Assembly: GCA_002811645.1 (NCBI GenBank)
Contig: PDIP01000089.1
Location: 1-45,183 of the forward strand
Origin: Corallochytrium limacisporum Hawaii
Lineage: Eukaryota > Protista > Pluriformea
Length of the DNA: 45,183 nucleotides
Reading direction: 5' to 3'
The translations under genes and the position numbers were made by a program. Under the pieces are notes generated by a model that saw only the letters and a program-made list of their open reading frames with translations, ran no database searches and was not told the DNA's origin. This document shows, in pieces, positions 20,537 through 30,869 of this stretch (within the stretch, counting starts at the first letter, position 1; every line of letters begins with the position of its first letter).

Positions 20537-21622
20537 CTAAGGTGCGCTCAGCTGTTTCAGCGCCACTTCGGCATCTGTCTGCTGTTTCGTACGTTTGAAG
20601 CGTGTCTTGCACGTCGAACAGATCCACCGCGGCTTATCCCGCTGGCAAAAGACGCTGAGGCACACTGGACAGACGTAGGCGACATCACAGACCTCTTCGT
20701 GGCAAAAACAGACGGTGCGGTAGTCAATATCGCCCGACCCGTGCTTGAGGACCAAGCCACGAGCTTGCGTACCGACCAGGTACTCACTCATCAGGTACAC
20801 AAACAAACTGTCAATATCGTTTACATGTCGGAAAGAACCATGTGATAGGTATGCAGCCTGCTGCATGCTCGCATTGCCACGCTTGTTCAGCGCGACACAG
20901 CTTACGGGGATATGGTATTTTTGTGCTGCAAAGACGGCATTCATAATACCTAAATGGTCCACAGGCGAGTCCGGCGAGACCTTGAGGACCAGAATGGAGG
21001 GTCTTACCTCATCACCCGGATCTAGCCCCTTCAAATAGCGGTTTATGTAGCAAAGTGCCATTCCCAAGGCACTGCCGATGGATCCTTTTGCCTTGGACAC
21101 ACCTACGTCCGGAGGCGGTCCTGAGTCCTCGATACCATTGACTCCGTCTGCATTGGTTTGCATCTTTTCTATCTGTCTTTCACGTTCCTGTTGTGCAAGG
21201 CTCCTTTCTAACATAGTGGCTGCCATAGCCCGGAAATTTCGATGTAGTACATCATTCACTGCAGCCAAAACTTCGTATTGTCCTTCAGATACTCCTGATG
21301 GTGCCTTACTTATTGACACAAACTTACTTGACCCATCAACTTGCATAGAATCCCTATTCTCTGCCTTCCGGCTGTTGAAACCCGTGCCAGGTCCATCTGG
21401 GTATAAGAAACGAGCAACACCTAGCCCACTTCCGATGACAGTGACAACATTCTTGGGATCCATAGCTAGGAAGCTGTTGATAAAGACAATTGTAGTCTCC
21501 AAGAATTTTACTATTGGACTATCATATCCCTCCAGGTTCGGTGACTTGCTCATTGACTCCCAATAGAGTGGATTAACATCCACCACAATGCAGAGCAATT
21601 CGGATACAGCCGGATCCGCCAT
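20537..21622 (-). CDS. TFB4: TFIIH subunit Tfb4/p34 (GTF2H3)
   Basis: vWA-type start LLCIVVDVNP, ALGMALCYIN, MNAVFAAQK, MQQAAYLSHG, and the zinc finger DYRTVCFCH...YVCPVCLSVFC...CSTCKT. Confidence 0.96.
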   Translation of the reverse strand: MADPAVSELLCIVVDVNPLYWESMSKSPNLEGYDSPIVKFLETTIVFINSFLAMDPKNVVTVIGSGLGVARFLYPDGPGTGFNSRKAENRDSMQVDGSSKFVSISKAPSGVSEGQYEVLAAVNDVLHRNFRAMAATMLERSLAQQERERQIEKMQTNADGVNGIEDSGPPPDVGVSKAKGSIGSALGMALCYINRYLKGLDPGDEVRPSILVLKVSPDSPVDHLGIMNAVFAAQKYHIPVSCVALNKRGNASMQQAAYLSHGSFRHVNDIDSLFVYLMSEYLVGTQARGLVLKHGSGDIDYRTVCFCHEEVCDVAYVCPVCLSVFCQRDKPRWICSTCKTRFKRTKQQTDAEVALKQLSAP

Positions 21623-22204
21623 GGCTACTAATACAGTTTCTGATGAGATTCAAAGTCTCTTTACATGGCGGGAGTTTTATTGAACACTCGCTACAAGCTT
21701 GCTAACACTTCTTCTGCGTTTCTTATTCATGGCTACGTAATGTTTACATACCATTTACAGAACGCGTTCCAAAAGGAAGAGACTTGTATTTTCACAGCAG
21801 AAGACTATAAACAAAAGACGTCGTCAACTCAACTAGACCACAGCACTGGGTCGCGACAGGAGGTTCCATTTCGTTCTTTCCAGGCGTTTCTGCAGGCTTT
21901 TTACCAAAACCCCCAACCGTGCGTTCTGCGGTGGTGGGATTGGGGAGTCTAAATGATTAGCCACAACCAGACTCCCCCTCCGGGGGGAGCAGGGTGGGGG
22001 CGGGGAACCGACCTTGCTGCACTTCGGAAGGGTCGTTTGAAAATACGATAGAACAGCCTCCGGATGTGCATTCTAAAGCAGTAGATCCTTTGAAAACCTT
22101 TGAGAGAGATGTGGTGGTACATGCTATTTAATCTATGTTAATGAAAAGTTATCTGTTTGTGTTGCAATTGCGGCTGGTCATTGAATGCTTCATTTAAATG
22201 ACTC

Positions 22205-23344
22205 TTAGAGGGCTTGCTTGAGCTGCTCCTTCTGCTGTGCGCTCAGGTAGTTAGGGAAGGACACATGGAACTCAACCACCATGTCACCAAAGCCTCCACC
22301 ACTCTTTTGACTCTTCGGCATACCCTTGCCTGCAATGCGCACTTTGCTACCCGGCTTGACGATGTCCGTCATTCTGACTGTGTGCTGGCCACCGTCCAAG
22401 GTAGGCACGTTCAGGCTAAACCCGGTCAGAGCATCCTTCAATCCTATGTTAGCCGTGTACATAATATCATCACCCTCGCGTTTGAACTTATCGTGCGGCT
22501 TCTCCTCAACGACAAAGACAATGTCCTGAGGCGGTGCACCAGGTCGCTCGTCACCCACGCCCGGGAAAGTGATTTTCGTACCAGCCTTCCAGCCTGGTTT
22601 CACGTTGATTTCGATTATTTTGTCTGCTTTCATGGATGCTCCAGTGGCGTCCAGGATGGTCCGGTTGATCTTCAATTTCTTTACAGTGCCCTTGTACAGG
22701 TCTTCCAGGCTGAGAGGCAGCTGCCGCTTAACCTGATCAGGGGTCCGTGCCTTGGCTTGACGAGGCATGCCTCCCATTCCGCCCATGCCTCCAAAGGCGC
22801 CACCGGGCATGCCGCCCATTCCGCCCATGCCTCCAAAGCCTCCACCAGGCATGCCACCAGTGCTGCTGGTAAAGCGAGCACCACCTCCGTGCATTCCTCC
22901 AAAGATATCTTCACCACCACCACCGAAGAACATACGGAAGATGTCCTCCGGATCGCTGGCAGTGAAGTGGAACGAGCCACCCTGGGGACCACCCGGGCCA
23001 CCGCCCATGCCTCCTCCGAACGGAGTGCCACCGTCAGTAGCTCCGCCCTTCAGTCCTGCTTCACCGTAACGATCATAGATCTCCTTCTTCTTTGGGTCAC
23101 TCAGAACCTCAAAAGCCTCACTGATCTGCTGGAACTTCTTTGTAGCTTCCTCACTAGAGTTTTTGTCGGGGTGATATTTCAGCGCCAATTTTCTGTAGGC
23201 TTTCTTGATTGCGTTCTGGTCATTCGTGCCAGGCTCTAGGCCCAGAGCTGTGTAGTACTTGTTGTCACGAACCATATTCTGCCTCTTGTTTCCAGGCATG
23301 CTATAACTATCTTCTGCTGGTCTCTTACGTGATCTGAATGACAT
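22205..23344 (-). CDS. SIS1: Class B J-domain co-chaperone (Hsp40, Sis1/DNAJB1-type)
   Basis: J-domain with HPD (KYHPDKN), G/F and G/M-rich regions, CTD motifs SLEDLYKG and [13 protein letters not shown]; no zinc finger. A second in-frame ATG (MVRDNKYY) lies at 23275. Confidence 0.95.
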   Translation of the reverse strand: MSFRSRKRPAEDSYSMPGNKRQNMVRDNKYYTALGLEPGTNDQNAIKKAYRKLALKYHPDKNSSEEATKKFQQISEAFEVLSDPKKKEIYDRYGEAGLKGGATDGGTPFGGGMGGGPGGPQGGSFHFTASDPEDIFRMFFGGGGEDIFGGMHGGGARFTSSTGGMPGGGFGGMGGMGGMPGGAFGGMGGMGGMPRQAKARTPDQVKRQLPLSLEDLYKGTVKKLKINRTILDATGASMKADKIIEINVKPGWKAGTKITFPGVGDERPGAPPQDIVFVVEEKPHDKFKREGDDIMYTANIGLKDALTGFSLNVPTLDGGQHTVRMTDIVKPGSKVRIAGKGMPKSQKSGGGFGDMVVEFHVSFPNYLSAQQKEQLKQAL

Positions 23345-23739
23345 CAGTCATTGTTGCCAATTGTTCTGTTTAAATACCCGAAACACGGTAAGGGGTATAT
23401 GTTGGGATTGTTTGTCCCCTTTTAATACCCGAACGTGTCTTAATGCTGCATATGCCAACAAAACGGTCACGAGAAGGTGACAAAGCACGGTTGCGCACGC
23501 TTACCACGTCCACAGTCTGGCAGAGAGTGTTTGGGGGTTAAGACAGCGGCACTGCCCGCGATCGCTCGCTGTCAGCAGCTGTACCACCCCTCGCGTCCGT
23601 ATTTCAGAGGCCGATCAACAATTTTACCTCCGTCCGTGGAAAATCTTCACGCGCGGGTCCCCAACGGTGGAAGATTTCCATAGTGAATCTTTGATGAATT
23701 TCCCAGACCGATGAACACTTTTTTTACTGTTCGCGTGCA

Positions 23740-23757
23740 TTCTGGAATCTTCGCGAA
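23740..23757. promoter_or_regulatory. Heat-shock element (four inverted nGAAn units) upstream of the Hsp40 gene
   Basis: TTCtgGAAtcTTCgcGAA is a perfect four-unit HSF site about 400 bp upstream of the J-protein ATG. Confidence 0.75.
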
Positions 23758-23974
23758 GAGAGGGTGGATTTCTATGGTGAATATATGGACCGATGGCATC
23801 TGATACCTCCTCTGTTCCATATTTCTCCCATCTACGCACTTTTCGCGAATGATATACGGATAATATGTGTATACGAAAAACATACGGTGTGTGATCGCTG
23901 AAAAATTCCGAGATGGGAAGTCCTTTATATATGTCATTGGGACAGAAAAACAAATATTTATATACGTACTTCCT

Positions 23975-24685
23975 TTAAAATGGAATCACTTCTGCAGTGG
24001 CCCGCCATAGCAGCAGTGTGTGAGGACGGTGGTTCTTGTAGGCGTGCACACGAGTCACCGTCTCATCCAACGTCCGCAGCACGGCACCATTGACATGCAC
24101 GACGGGTGGATGGCTATCTATGTATGGGTTTGTTGTCGAGGTTGACAATGATGATTGCTTAGGTGCTGTTGAAGGGTGATCACTGTCATCCTCGAACACC
24201 CCACTGTACGGTAACCTGTCTGCATCAGCGCCATCGATGCTCTGTGCCCCTCCAACAATCTCTACTACGTCGTTGACTACATAGCTGACTCCAATTAAGG
24301 GCACACTGGCCTGGTTCAAAGCTTGGATGGCTCCACGGCTGAAGCCATATTGTGACGTGGCCAGGATTCCAAGGGTCTTCTCCTTCAACGACAACAAGGA
24401 TACAGCTCCAGCAAAATCCCGGACATGCATCGGTCCAAGTTTGTTGCCCATGAGCTTACATTGTACTGCCACATTCACTGCTCTAGTTTCATCCACCAAA
24501 GCTTCGGTTGCTTGCTTGGGACTGTACAAGCTTCCTATGATATCTAACCCTTTGTCTCCAGCACCACCTGCACGATTCAGGTGGTACCAGTTTGTGCTGC
24601 TTAGTCTGCTCAATACAGCCTCCTCAAAAAGAGTTCCGGTGTATGTAAACGCTTTTCCGGCTGCAAGCCAAGGAGCAACCGACAT
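23975..24685 (-). CDS. RRG7: RRG7-like protein (Mrr-type PD-(D/E)xK restriction-endonuclease fold)
   Basis: GTLFEEAV...RAGGAGDKGLDIIG...VAVQCK...KLGPMHVRDFAGAV...GFSRGAI matches the Mrr_cat/RRG7 pattern. First ATG is 24685; the ORF track start is TTG. Confidence 0.8.
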   Translation of the reverse strand: MSVAPWLAAGKAFTYTGTLFEEAVLSRLSSTNWYHLNRAGGAGDKGLDIIGSLYSPKQATEALVDETRAVNVAVQCKLMGNKLGPMHVRDFAGAVSLLSLKEKTLGILATSQYGFSRGAIQALNQASVPLIGVSYVVNDVVEIVGGAQSIDGADADRLPYSGVFEDDSDHPSTAPKQSSLSTSTTNPYIDSHPPVVHVNGAVLRTLDETVTRVHAYKNHRPHTLLLWRATAEVIPF

Positions 24686-25417
24686 ACTGCGTGGCCGTCT
24701 TCCCGGCGGACTTTGCTCATTATCTTCGTCCTGCTTCTCGGCAAGCAAACAGCCTCGTTGAGTGATCAGTCGTATGGGACACGCGCAGTCTACATACCTA
24801 GTAATGTAAATTGCACCTGTAGGTGTGGTTTGGCCAGCTCACCCTGGGAGTCCCGTGGCACAGGAAATGGGCTCTGTGATGCAGGTGCAATGTGCACACG
24901 TAGCACAAACCACCTGAAAGCCAAACAGTTTGAGAACCTTTCGCGCCAGTCGGATCCCCGTGCAGAAGAAAATTAGACTCCCTTTTATCTGCTACCCACG
25001 GTATGGAGGGAGAATTGGTTCTAGTCGGTCGCCCGTTGCGGGACCTCGTATAAGGAAGTACTGAGGCTCCCGAGGTGTGCTCACCTGCGACCAGATGGGG
25101 GATGGGCAAAAGCCCAGCATAGGAAGTGGGTGGGTCTCACTTCTCAGGGATTCGGGAGTAGCACCAGGCGGAACTGTCCAAGAGCAGCTGTGAAGCTATC
25201 TCATACGAGGCACCAATGACTTGCTCACAGCGAAGCCAATGCTCAAGGCGGTATTTTGGTTCCAAATTTGAAAGTGGAGTATCTGTAGCAAGTATGAATC
25301 TGCTGATAGTGATAGTAATGAGCATGTGGTCGACAAGCGGGTAGGACACCACACGGGTGTAGTGTCTTCTCGTGCGTAGCGGATCACTGCGAGGCAAACA
25401 AAACAAAGTTTGTAAAA

Positions 25418-28400
25418 ATGTGCGGTATATTTCTGTGGGGAAGGTGCTGTCCGCGTGGAAAAGACTGCGCGCTAAAGGCTGACTTCGAGAACAGTGACCT
25501 CTGGAAGAGATATGCAGAGAAGTATTCAAAAGAGTTGGACTGGGATCCTTTCAGTGGGCTCTCTGCCGGCATCAGTCCGACTTTTCTGCGGGAAATGCTG
25601 CAGCGGCGGGGTCCTGATTACAATGGAAAGGTCTGTAAAACTGTGCAAGGAGGAGGGGTACTCTTTGCAGAGGCCACGGTGTTAGCTCTCCGTGGACCCC
25701 TGGCGGAGGCCAAGGAGGGCCAAGCTCTGCCAACACCCCCTTCAACAGAGCAGATTGAGGAGAAAGATGCGGTCAAGGATCTGACTAAACCCCTGAACAA
25801 TATGCAAATCACTTCAGAACCTCTGGTGGAAGAGAATGAAGACGAAGAGTGGAATGAAAGAATTCCAGAAGACGCGGATGACGACCAAACTCCTAGATCT
25901 GTCGGGCCAGCCGTGTCCTTTGAAAACATTGATATTGACATTAACATTCCCAAGCAAATGGAAGATGACATCAAACCCACAGGTGACGTCATGTATCAGC
26001 CCAGGGCATTGGATGACAAAGGTTCTTTTTTCATGTGGAATGGTGAGATCTATGATGGCGTTCTCCTACCAGAAGATGATGAAAGCGACACAGACGCCAT
26101 TGCGCGCGCAATGAGGGCTATAGCCCAGCGCCCGGATGCTGTAGAGGCTGCATTGAGCCGTGTCATTGCTGGTATTCGAGGCCCTTTTGCATTTGTCTTT
26201 TACCACGCCGGCAAGGGTCGTTTGTACTACGGTCGGGATGTCCTGGGGAGAAGGTCGCTTTTGCTGGCAGTGCGAAGACCATACGAAGAAGCGCTGGATG
26301 CGGCTGCCCGTGAGTTCCAGGACTCCGGCCTAGCCTATGAAATTATGCAGCAACATCAACAGAGTCATGAGGAGCAGATTCGTACACAGGACAAGTACGA
26401 CAGTCACAGTAGCCTGGAGCTGCCTGATCCTGCCAGTGTGTACGTCAAACAACAGCAGAGGGTACGGGAGCAGCATGAAAAAGAGATCCAGCAATTTAAT
26501 GAGGCCATTGGCAGAAAGGGGCCACTTCCGCAGCCTGGAGCACCACTGCAGCATTCAACAAGTATGCTGGACACTCGACAGTTGGCTATGCAGGCGCGTT
26601 TGAATGCCATCATGGACGCGAATCAGAGTCATCGAGAGTTGGGGTCTGCATATCAGTACATGCCTCACCATCAATACCAGCATGCCCTCAGTATGCACCG
26701 CACCTTGTCCACTGGCAACGCAGCAGGATCTGAAAGCATGGAAAATATCAATACCATCACGCTCAGGAGAGACACCACGGCGCCTGCAGATGTCGGTGCC
26801 ACGGCCACCCATGAGCAGTCACATTACATGTTTGATGCTCTGGAGGAAGCAAGACGGGCATCGTTGAAAAAGGATGTGGAGGAAGTATTGGGTTTGACTC
26901 AGGATGAACCGGATGACCAGGATCGCAAGTCCAACCACGGAGGCGATAGTCAACCGAATTCTCGGCATGGTATGGGATCACCGACGTTGACATCTGCAAA
27001 GTCACCCGCCTCACCCCCGGGTCTGAAGAAAGCTGCTGAGCTGCCACGGTCCAAAAGAGCCATGTTCAGCATTGGCAATGATCTTCTAGACGAGGTGGAG
27101 GACTTGGATGATGTCGATGAGGCGAAACCCGCGGATGAGGATTCAATGGCTACCATCGGTCTGTCCGAGGAACCCGGTACAACCCATGGGCATGGGCTTG
27201 AAGGTCTCGATGCTCTACGCCTTGGTTTGCCGCGTCAGAACTCGATTGGCCGACTGCGTCGTGGTATGCAATCACCTGTTCCTCCGAGGTCTGTTGCGTC
27301 TTTGAGCTCTGCCGGTCAGGTCATTGAAGAAATGGAAAAGGACGAATGGCTGGCATGGCGATTGCGCGGTGGTGGCAATCTGAATCATTTCCACGCAAAG
27401 GGTGCGGGCTCAATCATTTCCGCCAGCGGTGCTGGGGGTGGTGGAGGCGGTGGTGGCATGTATATGGACGAAGAGCAAGTATTGCTGAGCGAGGCAGAGC
27501 GGGCGTTTCGTCAAGTTGTGGAGGAGCACTTGAACTTTGGCTACGGCTTGCCTCCTGAAGAGATTTGTCTGGCCAGTGTATGTCCGCCGCAGGTGGCACC
27601 ATTCACAGAGGGCAGCACACAAGAGAACAGTGGGGCCGATCTGGCTCAAGTTGAGGAGGAACAGTTGGTAAGGGCAAACACTGCTCCCGACATGTTTGGA
27701 TCTGCCTTGGGCAGAGAAGATTCGACATCTGGGCCCTCGCAGGCACCGGCGCTTGTGGCTCCATGGTGGGCAAACGAGCTTGAGGACATGGCAGGTCAAG
27801 AAGGTGGTAAGGATTTCGCGCATGATGCAGCAGTGGCAAGTCCACCGCCCTTCGGATCGGATGGTCATAGCCCGATCCATGCCACATCCAAGACGGATGT
27901 GATGGAGGAGAACGATGAATTTGCGCGTAGCGTCGCTAAGATTGACGATGTGGTCCACGACATCCCAGTCGGAGAGAGCGGTTGCGCGGTCCAGGCGGAT
28001 CCCGAGGAAACCGGAAATGCGCCCGACATCGTGAAAGATAGTCAGACAGCCGGAGAGGCTGGCGCCAGTTTCCAGCACAACAATTCGCCCGCTGCCCCGG
28101 AGACGCTGTGGAAGGAGGTGCCGGCGGATGGCATATATTGGATAGATCTGACCAAGGCGGGCATGCCCGAAGGACGCATTCCGTGGGGCAGCAGCCGCTT
28201 GCCTACTCCGGCGCCAGTGTCCGCAGCTGGGGCGCTCAAGGCACTGGCCCACGCGCAGTCGTCTCTGGAAGCGCCGACCAGCACGGACAGTGCAGCCATT
28301 TCTCTGCTGCGTGCTCTGAGCACAGCTGTGAAACGTCGTGTTCGGTCATTGAGCTCTGTGTGGCAACGCGATTTCGGTGTGCTTTACAGCGGTGGGCTTG

Positions 28401-29950
28401 ACTCAACCCTGCTCACCGCACTTGCTATCGAAGTCCTGGCCACTCCGAAGAGCCGTGCAAGTCCTCTGCCACCGCCACCAGTGGATGAAATCTTCAAGAA
28501 CGCCCTCTGGCAGGCCCCAGAGAAGAAACGGTACCGCATCTCAGGGCTCAACAATGATCAGGGGCTGAAGGTCCGCACTGATGATGAATTCATCCCCGAT
28601 CGGGACGAGAACGAAAGCTTCAGTCGAAACGTTGGTGTTGAAGAGTGCAGCCTGGCCGTTGCAGAGAGTCCGTTTAACAATCCGTCTGGCCCACATGTCA
28701 ATCCACCGATCCTACATTTACTCAATGTTGCGTTCGGGTCAAAGGCGAAAGGCATTGACCCGTGGAATGCGCCGGACCGTCGTACTGCACTCATCTCCTT
28801 TGCTGAGCTGGCCGTGTATGCGGCAGAGAGTGACATGAACAACCATCGTCTCGTGCTCTGGCTCATCGACATTGACGAGGATGAAGTAAAACAGGGCGAA
28901 GCTCACGTCCGGCGCCTGATACGGCCAAAGACAACCTTCATGGACCTCAGCATTGGCACTGCGCTCTGGTTTGCGTCCCGCGGCATCGGTGCGCCATATG
29001 TGGCCGACGTTGCTGTGGCACGCGAGATTCACGACCGCTTACTCATGAAGGCTGCGCGCGAGCAACAGGCGGAGCGCCTGAAGGAGCTTGAAGAGAAGAA
29101 GCGCCGCCGCCAGCAGCGAGAGGAAGAACGGCAGCGGCGCAGAGCGGGCGGGGCTGCACCAGCGGACGCCGCAGTGACGGCAGCACCTCCAGACCTCGCG
29201 ACCGAGACGCCAGAGGCCAAGAAGCAGCGTCTATCTCGCGAGAAGGAGCAGCGTAAGGCAGAAGAAAAGGCCCGAAAGGCGGCGGAGCGCAAGAAGCGCG
29301 AGGAAGAGCGCGCCGAGGAGCAGGAAATGGACGCATTGCTACTGCGCGTACTGATTCCCGCCAGCGCAGAGGGCAATGAACTACCCTCGACGAGGAAGTC
29401 AAGGTCACAGGGGACAACGACTCAAGTAGAGAAATCATCGGGGGCGGGAAAAGCTGATCCGACGAAGCCTGCTAAACTGACCTCCTTTGCGTACACCCAC
29501 GAAGATCCCCAGCAGCGTTGCCCCGCGCGTGTCCTTCTGTCCGGCCTGGGTGCGGATGAGTGCCACGGTGGCTACAGTCGGCATCGCAGTGCCTGGCAGC
29601 AGGGCGGTGAGTACGCGCTCGCCGAAGAGCTGCGTTATGATCTCTCCCGCATAGCCGACCGCAATCTGGGCCGGGATGATCGCGTTGTGAGCGACCATGG
29701 TCGCGAAGTGCGGTACCCATTTCTCGATGAAGAAGTTCTAACAGTCACGGCGACCATCGGAGTCGGTCTGCGCTGCAACTTCGACCAGCCTCGTGGACAC
29801 GGTGAGAAACGTCTGTTGCGCCGACTTGCGCGTGACTACGGCATGCTCCAATGTGCAATTGAACCGAAGCGGGCCATTCAATTCGGCACTCGCTTCAACA
29901 AGCTACAACCGCAAGGGGTCACCGGCACCACAGAACTGGGCAGTTTGTAG
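25418..29950 (+). CDS. ASNSD1: Asparagine synthetase domain-containing protein 1 (ASNSD1/YML096W-like) with very large low-complexity insertions
   Basis: MCGIF Ntn start, RRGPD, LALRG, WNGEIY, RDVLGRRSLL, YSGGLDS, LLNVAF, APDRRT, MDLSIGTALWFASRG, GLGADE..GGYSRH, RNLGRDDR, RYPFLDE, PKRAIQFG. Confidence 0.95.
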   Translation: MCGIFLWGRCCPRGKDCALKADFENSDLWKRYAEKYSKELDWDPFSGLSAGISPTFLREMLQRRGPDYNGKVCKTVQGGGVLFAEATVLALRGPLAEAKEGQALPTPPSTEQIEEKDAVKDLTKPLNNMQITSEPLVEENEDEEWNERIPEDADDDQTPRSVGPAVSFENIDIDINIPKQMEDDIKPTGDVMYQPRALDDKGSFFMWNGEIYDGVLLPEDDESDTDAIARAMRAIAQRPDAVEAALSRVIAGIRGPFAFVFYHAGKGRLYYGRDVLGRRSLLLAVRRPYEEALDAAAREFQDSGLAYEIMQQHQQSHEEQIRTQDKYDSHSSLELPDPASVYVKQQQRVREQHEKEIQQFNEAIGRKGPLPQPGAPLQHSTSMLDTRQLAMQARLNAIMDANQSHRELGSAYQYMPHHQYQHALSMHRTLSTGNAAGSESMENINTITLRRDTTAPADVGATATHEQSHYMFDALEEARRASLKKDVEEVLGLTQDEPDDQDRKSNHGGDSQPNSRHGMGSPTLTSAKSPASPPGLKKAAELPRSKRAMFSIGNDLLDEVEDLDDVDEAKPADEDSMATIGLSEEPGTTHGHGLEGLDALRLGLPRQNSIGRLRRGMQSPVPPRSVASLSSAGQVIEEMEKDEWLAWRLRGGGNLNHFHAKGAGSIISASGAGGGGGGGGMYMDEEQVLLSEAERAFRQVVEEHLNFGYGLPPEEICLASVCPPQVAPFTEGSTQENSGADLAQVEEEQLVRANTAPDMFGSALGREDSTSGPSQAPALVAPWWANELEDMAGQEGGKDFAHDAAVASPPPFGSDGHSPIHATSKTDVMEENDEFARSVAKIDDVVHDIPVGESGCAVQADPEETGNAPDIVKDSQTAGEAGASFQHNNSPAAPETLWKEVPADGIYWIDLTKAGMPEGRIPWGSSRLPTPAPVSAAGALKALAHAQSSLEAPTSTDSAAISLLRALSTAVKRRVRSLSSVWQRDFGVLYSGGLDSTLLTALAIEVLATPKSRASPLPPPPVDEIFKNALWQAPEKKRYRISGLNNDQGLKVRTDDEFIPDRDENESFSRNVGVEECSLAVAESPFNNPSGPHVNPPILHLLNVAFGSKAKGIDPWNAPDRRTALISFAELAVYAAESDMNNHRLVLWLIDIDEDEVKQGEAHVRRLIRPKTTFMDLSIGTALWFASRGIGAPYVADVAVAREIHDRLLMKAAREQQAERLKELEEKKRRRQQREEERQRRRAGGAAPADAAVTAAPPDLATETPEAKKQRLSREKEQRKAEEKARKAAERKKREEERAEEQEMDALLLRVLIPASAEGNELPSTRKSRSQGTTTQVEKSSGAGKADPTKPAKLTSFAYTHEDPQQRCPARVLLSGLGADECHGGYSRHRSAWQQGGEYALAEELRYDLSRIADRNLGRDDRVVSDHGREVRYPFLDEEVLTVTATIGVGLRCNFDQPRGHGEKRLLRRLARDYGMLQCAIEPKRAIQFGTRFNKLQPQGVTGTTELGSL

Positions 29951-30158
29951 CCGTAAGCTAGGAAAATAGAATCAGTAATCAAACGTGTGAGCGTGGTGGT
30001 TCATAGTGTTCATACAATGTATAATGAAAGAGCTGGTGAGGACGATCTGGTGAGGAACGCGATCTACACGCTCGGCTTTGTCCAATTCAATGGAGTATTC
30101 GTGAAAGCCAATTGAGCCAAAGTTCATACACCGATTCAGCAGTTCTCAGTGACTTCGC

Positions 30159-30869
30159 CTATTTCTTCTTCTTCTTGCCGCCTGCACCGGCTGCGGCACC
30201 TGCCCCGGCGGCGGCACCGGCAGCGGCACCTGCACCTGTCGATCCCGATGCATTGCCTGCACCGCCACCGCCAAACATGTTGGCCATCATTGTACCCATG
30301 TCTGGTGCCTGATTCATGAGGTTGTTCCGCTGCATCTCCCGCTTCTCTTCTTCGGTAAGTCCCTCCGTCATCATGGGCATGATGTACATAATACCCATGG
30401 AGAATGCCATGAGCAAGACCATCGGATTCATAAGCAGTCCGATTGGATTGAATCCAGGGCGTGGCTTGAAATATTCACTCTTTGCGTTTGGCCTGATGAT
30501 GGTAAACCCATCTCTGACAGGCAAGTCAATAGTGAAAGGGAGCACGGAGTCTGTTGGCTGGATCTTCGCGGTGTGCGACTTGGCATTGGCAGTCACCTCC
30601 AAGGGCATAAATGTGTACTGAGGATGATAGATCGTCATTGTAGACTTGCCCACAGCAACATCTGAAATGTGCAACTCCCCCGCACTGTCTGGACCGGGCT
30701 GGCGTTCGCCGTTCAGAAATATGCTAAGCATGTTCAGGTCTGTACCTTGGTTGGCGTCCACCGGGAGCTCAAACTTGAGGTGCAGGGACATCAAGGGCTG
30801 ATTCATACCCAATATGCACTCAAGGAGCACGAGGAGCACCGCTGACCAGAGGTTTGTGTGTAACCGCAT
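30159..30869 (-). CDS. EMC7: ER membrane protein complex subunit 7
   Basis: Signal peptide, beta-sandwich, then YFKPRPGFNPIGLLMNPMVLLM plus TM, EEKREMQ and a basic KKKK end. Confidence 0.88.
   Translation of the reverse strand: MRLHTNLWSAVLLVLLECILGMNQPLMSLHLKFELPVDANQGTDLNMLSIFLNGERQPGPDSAGELHISDVAVGKSTMTIYHPQYTFMPLEVTANAKSHTAKIQPTDSVLPFTIDLPVRDGFTIIRPNAKSEYFKPRPGFNPIGLLMNPMVLLMAFSMGIMYIMPMMTEGLTEEEKREMQRNNLMNQAPDMGTMMANMFGGGGAGNASGSTGAGAAAGAAAGAGAAAGAGGKKKKK

Noticed and set aside
22214-23239. 341-aa antisense ORF over the Hsp40 gene
   Set aside because: It starts at TTG and has no recognisable motifs; it is a typical shadow ORF caused by codon bias in a highly expressed chaperone.
24731-24797. 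Possible intron on the minus strand (GTATGT...CTGAT...CAG) upstream of RRG7
   Set aside because: No ATG-initiated upstream exon joins it convincingly; at most a 5' UTR intron, which cannot be supported without RNA data.
24760-25417. Possible ASDURF-like upstream ORF, since human ASNSD1 mRNA is bicistronic
   Set aside because: Only short ATG ORFs are present on +, with no prefoldin-like coiled-coil character.
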